Positions 52,747 through 64,000 of a DNA stretch of 64,000 bases are shown here, in pieces. Source of the stretch: Octopus vulgaris (taxonomy: Eukaryota). The translations under genes and the position numbers were made by a program. The notes beneath the pieces are model-generated. The model had not been told where the DNA came from and did not search any database. It saw only the letters and a list, made by a program, of their open reading frames with translations. Position 1 is the first letter of the stretch, and every line of letters begins with the position of its first letter. The DNA is taken from contig OX597816.1 of the NCBI GenBank assembly GCA_951406725.2, forward strand, positions 130,944,001-131,008,000, given 5' to 3'.

Positions 52747-53407
52747 TCTTTATAAGGGAAGGGAACTGCTCATGTTGGGTTTTAAAAACCCTTTACTGAA
52801 ATTGAGTTTCGCCACCATACTCACGTACGCAAACACACACACACACACACACACGCATGCATGCACACATAGACGCACACACACACACACACACAGAAAC
52901 GTAGACCCACGTATACGTATACACACTCCCATAGTCTCTCTCCCTTCCTCTCTCTCTCTCTCTCTCCCTCTCAAATACATGCTTGTACACTTACCATCTA
53001 CTTGATTATTTTCCTTCTTCGGATAACGACCAAAATACAGAATGAGGAGACTTGGACAGATGAAAAGCAAACATACAAGCTTCACCAACCTCTTGTGGTT
53101 GTTGCAACGACAGGCGGGCGGTGGCACCAATAACTAACCAGCCAGCCATACCAGCCAGCAAGTCAGATAGTGCACCGTATATAAACATACGCATACATAA
53201 TTATAACACGTACGTATGCATACATTCCCACAAACACAGAAACACACGCACACACACCCACACACACAATCCTTTTTTGTTCTCACACGTGCACACGCCC
53301 TTCAAACGTCTCATATTTCAAAAGCATTTTACTGAGTGTTTATGTTGTTGGCATATATATATATATGTGTGTGTGTGTGTATACATATACATGCATACAC
53401 ACACACA

Positions 53408-53457
<50 letters not shown>

Positions 53458-53789
53458 CATGCATACACACACGCACACACACATATATATATGCATGCAT
53501 ACATATATATATACATATATATACATAAGCATGAATATATAGATACACAGACATATATACATATACACATATATACAAATATAAACTTATATTCATATAT
53601 ACACGTTCATATATATATACGCGTATAAATACACATACATACACACTATACACACCCACCCACACACGTGTGTGTGCGTTTGTATGTACTTGTGTGCGTG
53701 TGTTTGTGTGTGCATGTGTGTGTGTACGCGCGCGCGTGTTTGTATGTATAAATATATGTATATTTATGTCAGGGAGCACATCAGTAAAA

Positions 53790-54066
53790 TAGGTGCTACC
53801 TTCTCAAGATTCACTTAATAAAATTGGGAAGACTTAAGTCTGTGAAGAACAACGAAGGCCTAAATTTTCGCCATAGATCTTTGTGGCAAGCAGCAAACCT
53901 TCACAATAACTTTATCTTCACGTCTTTCATATGAATTGTTTGCGTAGAATCCTTGGAATCAAATAACAGGGCAGTATCTGCAACACTGGTGTAGTTACCA
54001 AAGCAGATATGCCCCTCTATGTTTACTTACCTACACAAATGATAACTGCTATTGGTTTGGACATGA
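53790..54066 (+). pseudogene. RTE-clade LINE C-terminal fragment
   Basis: LHVFHMNCLRRILGIK*..NTGVVTKADMPSM..WFGH. Confidence 0.75.
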
Positions 54067-54206
54067 TTGTTGCAAAAATAATGGTCATACTCCACACATG
54101 TTCGTCCGTTGGAGCGATTAGGACCATCTAGTTATCCTTAAAGGTGACTAATGATTTGTTAGTCATCTTTAAGACTGATGAGTGAGGACTTCCTTTAAAG
54201 TGAAGA

Positions 54207-54776
54207 AGTAGTATCGGAGCTGTGAATTCTGAATGCAGAGAAGTAGCAGCTCGACCTGGAGACTGTCTCCGATCTCCAAGCTACTCACCTTGTTGAGTAA
54301 CGTTATTCCAGAGATCCTTCTAAGGAAAATCATTTCGTTTGTATTTGCGATCGTACTCCTTCGTTCACTACCCACATTCCATAACCATAAGTGAGGAGAA
54401 TAGGCACGAAAACTGATTTGAACAAATATAAAAATTTGTTTTTTTAATCAAACTTACCCTCTTTCGACGATCGAATATGGAATCTAGCGCATTACTGTAC
54501 CGGTACCTGCAATTCTAGCATACAATTCAGTTTCCTGCTTCCCACTACTTAAGACTATGACCCCGAAATACTTAAACTTTTTCTCCAGAGGACAAATCTC
54601 TCAATTTTTGCACCCTTAATTTTCATCCCTGCCATGCAGCACTCGGCAGCGAACTCCTTCAGTACATGCTGGAGATCATCTTCTGATGAACCAAGTTGCA
54701 CCATGTCGTCTGCAAATATCAGCCAACAGATCCTACACTCACTGATTGTGTTACCACTTCCACAGCAGTTATGCAT
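54207..54776 (-). pseudogene. RTE-clade (Expander/Rex3-like) reverse transcriptase fragment
   Basis: LIFADDMVQLGSSEDDLQHVLKEFAAEC..GMKI and EMIFLRRISGITLLNKVSSLEI..SQLR. Confidence 0.8.
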
Positions 54777-54802
54777 GTGAATGCAATATATTTTTATTTT
54801 TT

Positions 54803-54990
54803 ATTTATTAGGCGCTAACTTCCAAACCAATCCCGATACGTTAAAATTTATAATTTGTTCATCAATGTAACCATCTTGTTCAATAATGTTTAAAACAAAA
54901 TATAGTATATCTTGCCTTAAACTACTTTTCGCATTTACACTTTTTCCCGAAGCCTTTCCTACCATTTTCGAGATAGTCACACCACCCAAA
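54803..54990 (-). pseudogene. pogo/Tigger transposase fragment
   Basis: IIEQDGYIDEQIINFNVSGLVWKLAP resembles the Tigger GY..EQ.FN.DETGLFWK..P block. Confidence 0.6.
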
Positions 54991-55450
54991 GGTCCCAGAA
55001 AACGTTTCGTTACTTTTTCTTTCCCTTTTCATTCGTTTTCCCTTCCTTTATTTATTTATTTAATTACTTGTTTTATTATTTTTATAGAAACTGCTACAGA
55101 CAGACAAACATATTTTTTTCTGATGTCCACAGAATTTTAAGGGGATACAATTTTGATTGTAATTTTGAACGGAAATGGCAAAGGTTCTATTTCAATCATT
55201 GTAGTGTTTCTGTTTCTTCTTTGGAAATTCAAGACTAGATAATTATTGAAATTTTACTGCCAATTCTAATTTAAAAAAAAAATTTTCTTAACACTTTCAC
55301 CACTTTTTTAATGCTCATAATTAACTAATTGACGGTTTAATAATATGGTAAATTCCAAATTACTCGGTTTCAAATGATATGAAACCGCGAAATATTTATA
55401 TATATACATATATACTCGTAACGTAAATACATACGTACACGCACACACAC

Positions 55451-55522
<72 letters not shown>

Positions 55523-56075
55523 ACATATATACATATATAAAAAGACAGGGTGAAAGAAAAAGAGAGATAGATATATGCATGTATGTATCTATATCCATAC
55601 ATATACATGCATACACATAGACACATATACATACATATATATATATATATATGCATATGTAGATCTACATATGCATTTATGTATGCAAATATATGTGTAT
55701 AATTGTGTAAACATGTGTCTGTAAATGTGCGCATGTGTGTGTATATAAATATATGTTTATATATACCTATATAAACAAAATTAAACTAACCAGTCTAGAG
55801 TTCACATCCACTGCAGGAACTCCACTATATCTCTGTATAGAGCAATTAATAATACGTGCCTGCCCTTACCAAATGGGTGTTGAATCGGTGCCATATCATC
55901 TAACTTGGTTACTTGCATCCAAACCAGAGGTCGATTTACATTTAATTTGCATCAAAGAAATGAAATAGGAATTATATATAAACTTTACTTATCTTAAAGG
56001 ATGCATTAATCATTAGCGTTTGCATTATTGTGACATACAGACAGACAGAGACACAGATAGACAGACAGATGGATG

Positions 56076-56153
<78 letters not shown>

Positions 56154-56357
56154 CAGACAGAGAGACAGACAAACACACTGATAGATAGATAAATGAATAC
56201 ATACATGTATACATTATCTGATATACCAGATGAACCCACATCATAGCAAGAAACGCAAAGAGGGGCAGCTTCGCGGGGACCGATTCCGAAGAAAGGGCCG
56301 GGAAGTGAATTTGAAATAAACAAGCACTAACGCAAGTGGTGGTGCTCCAGCATAGCC

Positions 56358-56424
<67 letters not shown>

Positions 56425-56822
56425 TAAGCAAACAAACAACACGCATACAAACAAACAAACAAGCAAACAGAGACGAGCTTCCTAATATATTTTCGGTAGC
56501 AGTCAAAATGGTGTATATGCGCTCTCCTGAGAAACCTACAAGCTATGTTGGGAAGGGTAATTTAGGTCTACTTTTGCAACATTATATTTATTTGACAATT
56601 AATTTGTAGTGTAATCTTGCATCGAAACTAACACTAATTACATCACAGGAGAGCCATACCAACCGTTTACTCTTACACGTACACTATCATAGACAGCGTT
56701 TTGCTTTTGCTACCAGCAGTTTTGGCCAAAAAATAAAATAAAAGTAAAAATAGATAAACTAGTAGTGACTAAAATAACGTATGTGTACGGGTAAATATTT
56801 ACTACTTATTTTAAATATGTGA

Positions 56823-56981
56823 AACGTGGCTGTGTGGTAAGAAGCCTGCTTCTCAAGTACATGGTTTCAAGTTCAGTTCCACTGTGTAGCACCTTGGGCA
56901 AGTGTCTTCTACTATAATAGCCTGGAGCTGACCAAAGCCTTGTGAGTGAATTTGGTAGACAGAAACTGCAAGAAGCTCGTC

Positions 56982-57061
<80 letters not shown>

Positions 57062-57120
57062 TTGTCCATCACCACCACTTGACATCCGGTGTTTGATGTC
57101 TTTACGTCCTCGTAACTTAC
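56823..57120 (+). mobile_element. SINE family B, 3'-truncated
   Basis: GTGGCTGTGTGGTAAG...CCTTGGGCAAGTGTCTTCTACT...CGTAACTTA. Confidence 0.85.
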
Positions 57121-57506
57121 TATAGACCTAACTAATAAAAAAATAGATAACTTTTCCGATCCTAAATATCAACCAAACGTGATAGAATATTATTTCTATT
57201 GACATGTCTGAAGGGAAGTATCCAAACCAAAATGTTCTTCAGCATTCTTCCTCCAGCACTTCCTCGATCTGGAACATCCTTTCTTCAAATAGTTCTTCCA
57301 CAACCCCTAATCTTCGTAATATCTCAAACCCAAAACTCTAGGAGAGCTTCTTCGACGGCAAATAAATTGTTAATCTTGACAACGTCAAAGTATTACTCTG
57401 TGTACAGCCTCAATTTTTTTAGAAAAGCTCCTTGTTTATGAATTCTACTCGACACTAACCACTTGAAGTAGAAACTTCAATAGAGTATGCGTCAGTAGAA
57501 AACCCA

Positions 57507-57594
57507 AAAAGCTTTCCCTAGCTAAGGAGCTTTCTCTTGGCCAAAGAGCTTTCTCTCGCTTAAAGAGCTTTCCCTCGCCCAAAGAACTTTCTTC
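57507..57594. repeat. About 19-bp period minisatellite (about five units)
   Basis: AAGAGCTTTC(T/C)CTCGC-type units in tandem. Confidence 0.8.
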
Positions 57595-58526
57595 AGTAAC
57601 ATCAACACTCGAGGATCTCTTCGGCACTCTACGCCAACGAGCTTCTACACAGGTTTCGCCATTGGCAACCAATTCCTTAAAGATGTTTGCGCTTTCTTTT
57701 TTCGGGACACAGGGTTCAGCCACACACAAGCAGTATAATACGCATAAATGAAGAACAACCCAAAGGTTGCATAACTTAGCTTTAACTTAGATGCTACTCA
57801 TCTCACATAGCTTCACCACGCTGTATCTCTATGAAAATACGCAGCTTAAGCTATCACGCTCAATCTATTAAAATAATCAATTATAATGATATGAACAGTA
57901 ACAAAATGTAGTTGTTTCCTTTTTCTTATTTAGCACATAAAACGGTATAAGGAACACAACGTAAATAAAGGAATAAACAATATGACAAAATAAAAAACAC
58001 GAACTAAAATTGTGACAAAAATCCCGAGAAATTCCTATCATTCTACGATGGTGTTTGATAATGATGTCATCGATTATTGCTTCCTACTAAATATAGGACC
58101 ATGTTACCAGGCTTTAAGATTTATCTCCCTTGTTAATGTTGAAAGAAACTAAGTAGTCCTTTGAACTTGAAGTTGTTTTCTGTGTCTTTTCTTTAATAAA
58201 GGAAATACCAAAGTATAGTACCGGAAATACAAACACGCATACACACGTACACAAACACATACACACGTACATTTGCAAATTGTAACGTAGATTATATTGT
58301 GATATAGACAAAGTACAAATACATACATATATGTATGTATATAAACATAGATACATACACACACACACACACACACACGCACACACATATTTACTTACAT
58401 GCATAAGCATAATGGTTTACATATGCAAAGGCATTTTGACACCGACACATATATGCTAATATAGACCCAGAAACACATTTGTCATGATACATATTTGCCA
58501 TATACCTCTCTCTTTCTCCCTCCTGT

Positions 58527-58578
<52 letters not shown>

Positions 58579-58971
58579 ACACGAATATACACTCACACAA
58601 ACATATATATACACATGAAATAAAAGAAAGTAAGTCATAAGTGTTGAATGAAAGTTATTTCTATATAAGTGTGTGATAACAGCACTAGGTAAAAACAAAA
58701 TTTCACTTCTAAACAGATGTTTGAAAACAAAAACAGTTTTGATTGAAAAACTGTAATACAATAACGTTGACTAATAAGTACAGGATTTGTTACTGCTAGA
58801 GAAAGGCTGTTTAGCTGTGAGTCTTTGTATTTAGCAAACTATTGAGCAGTGACGCTTTTGAGAAATGGATCATGTCTTATAGCTCTGAACTGCAGAAATT
58901 GAAAAATGCGATACAAAATGCTTTAAGGAAAAAGTCAACAGGTTTCAGTAGATATTTTAATAATATTTTAT

Positions 58972-59412
58972 CTTTTATCTTTTGCCTGTTTCAATCATTG
59001 GACTGTGGCTATGCTGGGCATAGCCTTCGAGGGTTTAGTCGAGCAAATCAACCCCAGTACTTATTTATTAAATCTGGTATTTATTTGATTGGTCGCCTTT
59101 GCTGAATCGTGTTTTGGGACGTAAACAAACCAACACTAGTTGCCAAGCTGTAAGAGAAACAAACGACACGAAGACACACACAAACACACACATACATGCA
59201 CACATACACACACACATACACACACAGACACACAAACACATGTATATCCGACGAGCTTCCACACAGTTTCCGTCAACCAGATTCACTCACAAGATATTGG
59301 TCGGCCTGCGGCTATAGTAGGACACATTCGCCCAAAGTGCCGCGCAGTGGAACTGAACCCGAAACTACGTTGCTGTAAAGCAAGCTTCTTAATCACAGAG
59401 ACATGTCTGCGT
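58972..59412 (-). mobile_element. Full-length diverged SINE family B
   Basis: Tail, 3' half, (CA)n and head all present in reverse orientation. Confidence 0.8.
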
Positions 59413-59507
59413 CTAATACACAAAGACTGCTTTGTTTTGCTTGCTTGTTTGTTTTTATTTTTATTGTAATCATTATGATTACATAGTTGGCGGTCATCAT
59501 GACGATA

Positions 59508-59715
59508 ACACCGCCGTCAATTAGCATACTGGACAAAATGCTTAGCAGTATTTTGCTCGTCGCTACGTTCTGAGTTCAAATTCCACCGAGGTCCAATTTG
59601 CCTTTCATCCTTCGGGTTCGATGAAATAAGTAACAGTTGAGCACTGGGGTCGATGTAATCGACTTACCCCAATACTCGAACTTGGTGGCCTTGTGCCAGA
59701 ATTTGAAACCATTAT
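59508..59715 (+). mobile_element. SINE family A
   Basis: GTTCAAATTCCACCGAGG...GCCTTTCATCCTTCGGG...ATTTGAAACCATT. Confidence 0.85.
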
Positions 59716-59799
59716 TTGATAAACGAGAGAATTTCAAGAGAATGTACGTCTGATGTTGAAATATGTTGACAAAGCTTCAAACTTTTGAACCATTTTTTT

Positions 59800-59960
59800 T
59801 TTTTGCCTATAGACCCCCATATTTAAAAAAAATCATTAAATATTATTAGGAATTGTATATACAAAATTTTATATACAAAAGTGTAATTGCTCATAAACTT
59901 TAATAAGAAAATTTTATATGAATCCCCGAGGGCCATATGGACCCCGGCTGAGAACCATTG
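59800..59960. mobile_element. hAT-Charlie-like terminal fragment
   Basis: Ends GGACCCCGGCTGAGAACCATTG, a degenerate GGTTGAGAACCACTG-type terminus. Confidence 0.45.
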
Positions 59961-59998
59961 GTTTAGAACATACACATGCGCGCGCACACACACGCACG

Positions 59999-60089
<91 letters not shown>

Positions 60090-60347
60090 AAACACATGCA
60101 CACACTTCCCAGACCGCGCTCAGAGAACGGCAACTCAGCTAATTGACATAAAGTCACTCACAGACACGTTCCAGCCTCTGGTCCACAAACATGTCTCCCT
60201 CTTTCTACCTTGTTTTACTTCTTACTGGCACCTTAACAGTCTCTGTTTCACTCCTGAATCCCGTTTAGGAAGTTCTTAGTATAGCAGCTGATAGTGCATA
60301 ACATACGTTGTTAGAGCGTCAAACTCACAATCATGAGGTAGTGAGTA

Positions 60348-61605
60348 CAGATGTTGAACAAAATAGTGGAAACACCTTAAATTTTCAAACAAATTTATTT
60401 TGATATGGGGTAGGACCGCCTTTCACAGTAATTACAGCTTGAATTCTATGAGGTATGGGCTCGTACAAAGTTTGAATTGTTTCTAAGGCATATTTGTCCA
60501 TTCTTCAGCTAAAACAGTCTCCAGTTCTTGTAGTAGTGATGGTGGAGGATATCGCCTCCTTACTTGTTTTTCTAAAATGCACCATCAATGTTCAATAATA
60601 TTGAAATCTGGGGACTGTGGTGGCTAGATAACATGTTCAACTTCACTAGAATGTTCCTCGTGCCATTCAGTAACAACTTTAGCTGGGTGAATTGGTGCAT
60701 TATCATCTTGAAAGATTGCGTTTCCCTCCGGAAACAGTTCCGCAACCATAGGATGAATTTGATCAGATAAAATGCTTAAATAGTCTTCACTATTAATTCT
60801 GCCACGAAGGGAAACCACTGGGCCGGCGGATTTACACCCCAGATCATCATAGATCCTCCTACATGTTTAACAGTTGGAAGGAGGCAGTCTGGGTCGAATG
60901 CGTCTTTTGGCTGTCTCCACGTATACTTGTCCGGTGGTCAGAAATAAGGTAAAGGATGACTCGTCCGAGAAAATAACATTCTTTCACTGCTCTTGGGGCC
61001 AATTCTGTAGGTTTTTACTCCACTTGAAACGCTTTGCAACATTTGTTTTAGAAAGTAATGGTTTTCTGATTGCAGCCCTCCCGTGAAATCCAGCTTTGTG
61101 CAGCTTCCGGCGAACAGTTTCTGTGGAAACTGGGTTCTCGAGGTGGTCATTAAGCTCTGCAGTAATTTTGGGAGCTATACGTTTGTGATCCTTTCTAACA
61201 ATTCGCGTAAGGGTCCGACGGTCCCTTATCTGAAAGTTTTGGTTTTCGTCCAGAGTTTTGTTTCGACGAGGTGTTACCCCCTTTCTCAAAGGCTGTCATT
61301 ACTTTCGAAACAGTACTTCTTGATACACCAAGCATTTCGGCTGTTTTCGTTACGCTAGCGCCTACCCAAAGAACACCAACAATTTGACCTCTTTGAAAGT
61401 TCGATAGATCTGTCATTTTAATGAATTTTAATTACCTTTTTCTGATGATATCTGAAAAGAAACAGCAATTTTAGGAAAACTTATTAAGCCACACTAATAA
61501 TAAATCCAAAAACATAAAAATTACCAAGCTTTTGACGGTTTTATAGATATTTCAAAATTATGGTGTTATGATGCTAAGTGTTTCCATTATTTTGTCCAAC
61601 CCCTG
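60348..61605 (-). mobile_element. Full-length Tc1-family transposon (inactive)
   Basis: TIRs CAGATGTTGAACAAAATAGTGGAAACAC / GTGTTTCCATTATTTTGTCCAACCCCTG; TA on the left, TG on the right. Confidence 0.93.
60400..61416 (-). pseudogene. Tc1 transposase pseudogene (DD34E family)
   Basis: MTDLSNFQRGQIVG..GRKPKLS..GFHGRAAIRKPLL..VIFSDESSF..IFQDDNAPIH..PQSPDFNIIE..KGGPTPY; frameshifts and stops. Confidence 0.93.
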
Positions 61606-61632
61606 TGTGTGTGTATATATATATATATATAT

Positions 61633-61925
61633 GATGGAGGTACAAATAGCACAGAAGTAAGTGTAAGACATTTCAATTTAAGAGGGAATTTAATAAAAAT
61701 AATTTGAAAAGTTATATAAAGAAAATATTACCGGTTTCTATGTATCTTCTCTTATCAAAAATCAGTAAAAATTTATAAAACTTTGAAGTAAAAACAGTTT
61801 ATCTTCTGTCTGGAAGGTCAAGATGAGATACACCGAATCCGGTAATATTTTCATTCTTTTATGTTTTTGAATAATTTTATTAAATTCCTTCTTGGATTTA
61901 CTTCTGTGCTATTTCCACCGCCATC
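61633..61925. repeat. About 293-bp foldback with two inverted arms, probably Penelope-type termini
   Basis: GATGGAGGTACAAATAGCACAGAAGTAA / TTACTTCTGTGCTATTTCCACCGCCATC and GAAAATATTACCGG / CCGGTAATATTTTC. Confidence 0.8.
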
Positions 61926-61985
61926 TTTTATATATAAAAATTTGATTTGTATAGATTTCTAATATTTTCACCTCTCTCTCTTTCG

Positions 61986-62021
<36 letters not shown>

Positions 62022-62034
62022 GTGTGTATATGAC

Positions 62035-62255
62035 TTTATGTCCCTGTTTATCCACCCCACCACCATAGCTTGACAGCCGATATTGGTGTATTTACGATCC
62101 CGTAAACTAGCAGTTCGGCAGAAGAAACCGATAGAATAAGTATTAGGCTTGCAAATCCTAATACGAATTCTTCGACTAAAATACCCTTCTAGGAGGTGCT
62201 CCAACATGGCCGCAGTCAAATTACTGAAACAATAAAAGAATAAAAAAAGAATAAA
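62035..62255 (+). mobile_element. SINE family B 3' half
   Basis: GATAGAATAAGTATTAGGCTT...CATGGCCGCAGTCAAATTACTGAAACAATAAAAGAA. Confidence 0.82.
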
Positions 62256-62396
62256 CTTTCCTTTTTTCTGAGTGTGTGTCTTTCTCTCACCCCCTCTCTC
62301 TCTCCACACGCACACATAAATGTAGTAATTTCCTGCCACATACTCTCAATCTCTAGCATTCCTTCTTTCTCTCTTCTCTCTCTCTCTCTCCCTCTT

Positions 62397-62429
<33 letters not shown>

Positions 62430-62595
62430 CCATCTATCTATCTATCTATCTCTATCTCTCTATCTCACGTAATATGCTTTCTCTTTCTTCTCTCAAACAT
62501 ACGTAGTTTCTCTCTCCCTCTCTCTCTTTCTCGCTCACACACACACATGCACACACACTCATGCACACACACACAAAATCAATGAATCAATGAAT

Positions 62596-62639
<44 letters not shown>

Positions 62640-62643
<4 letters not shown>

Positions 62644-62930
62644 CGGGAAGCTTTATGAAAATAGACAAAAGACGAAGGCAGGTTTACGGAAATAAACAAA
62701 AGACGAAGGCAGGTGGAATACAAACAAACAATTGTATTAGTAAGGCGCTCAGGAAATATAAATGAAACAAGTCTTTAACGTTTCGAGCCTACGCTCTTCA
62801 ACAGAAAGATACACAGAGAAAAAAAAACACAGAAAGAAGGAGAGAAAAAAAAATGCGTGCAGAAGCTAGCGAATCAACATGGCGATCTGATTTCGGCCAG
62901 AAGTCAAAGATCAAACATGAGACGCAAGAG
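62640..62930 (-). mobile_element. Penelope-type terminal fragment
   Basis: Homologous to 47150-47335 and to the reverse complement of 41236-41447; starts at a (TA)n run. Confidence 0.65.
62772..62809 (-). ncRNA. Minimal type I hammerhead-like motif (best copy, A6U variant)
   Basis: UCUUU-CUGUUGA-A-GAGC(GUAG)GCUC-GAAA-CG-UU-AAAGA: helix I 5 bp, helix II 4 bp, palindromic ACGU helix III. Confidence 0.6.
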
Positions 62931-63385
62931 CGAAATTAACACACACACACACACACACATCACGCACACACACACTCATATACTCGCTTTCTCATACACA
63001 TATATATGTATGAGACACACACGCACACATGCAGTGACACACACATACACAGACATATGTACACACAAATCAACGCATTCCTAAATCCCCACATACATTC
63101 TCCCATAAGAAATATGCACACGAAACTACTGATGCTGCTACTATTACTGCTACGCAGAGAGAACTGACTCTCCAACTAGTTTATAGCTGTAATAGTTTCT
63201 TCCCAGTAGTTCAAGGTTCTGTTTGCTTTTCATGATCTTTCAACGAAGCGTATCATTGTATAGAATAACGGTTTTGTATGATTTTTTATCGTACACGCAC
63301 ACATACACATATACACGAGTATATATATATAAATATATACACACACACACACATACATACATACATACATACATACATACATACA

Positions 63386-63418
<33 letters not shown>

Positions 63419-63433
63419 GTATATATATACATA

Positions 63434-63465
<32 letters not shown>

Positions 63466-63794
63466 CAACAACAACAACAACAACAATAATAATAATAATA
63501 AATGCGAAACGAATGTCAGTGTGTCACACTTTTCAAATTTACTCCTCCAACCCGCGATCTCACTATTCAATGACACTTCTACTGTTCCTCATGCTTACCC
63601 ATCTCTCGCTACTCAGTGACTCTTCTACTAATCTTTATTCTTGGTTTTTCTTAATCCTAACATTTTGAAAAATCTTTCTATAAATACCATAACTGTATCG
63701 AGTAATTTATCCATAACACGTGCTTCATAACGATCGGAAATGAAATACCTATTGAACTCACTCTCTCATACAATATTCCCTCTCTACCATAAAA

Positions 63795-63940
63795 ATGTTG
63801 GAAACTTAGTATTTTTCAGATATTAATAAAATTTGTCGGACCTATTTTCATGCCGTCGGCCATCAGAATTATGAAAATAGATTCGACTAAATTTATTATT
63901 ACCTTAAAAATACTAAAAGAAATACTAAATTTCAAACATC
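63795..63940. repeat. Imperfect inverted repeat (foldback or MITE core)
   Basis: AATAAAATTTGTCGGACCTATTTTCAT / ATGAAAATAGATTCGACTAAATTTATT, with outer TGTTGGAAACTTAGTATTT / AAATACTAAATTTCAAACA. Confidence 0.7.
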
Positions 63941-64000
63941 TTTATGATCAAATACGTTTAGTCAATTCCAAACCATAAAAATCGTGCTTTAAAATAGTGT

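Overview
Gene-poor, AT-rich, microsatellite-dense eukaryotic DNA. The repeat content points to an octopus (coleoid cephalopod) genome; this is inferred from my recollection of the SINE families, not from a search. Almost all long ORFs in the track are translations of simple repeats. The window is dominated by two tRNA-derived SINE families (here A and B), two full-length but dead Tc1/mariner elements, hAT and pogo-type MITEs, Helitron ends, and decayed L1/Tx1, R4/Dong, RTE and Penelope retroelements. The one convincing host gene is a single-ORF 89-aa protein at 44213-44482 with a signal peptide, a 6-Cys mini-domain and a GPI-anchor-type tail. It has a CRE/FOX/GATA motif cluster upstream and an apparent decayed paralog about 4 kb upstream. 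Other highlights: minimal hammerhead-ribozyme folds in Penelope termini, one family with a shared A6-to-U core variant; SINE-A arrays with the target duplication repeated at most junctions, suggesting serial re-insertion at one site; a dimeric SINE that moved as one unit; microsatellite-targeting non-autonomous elements; and a weak candidate neuropeptide-like exon.
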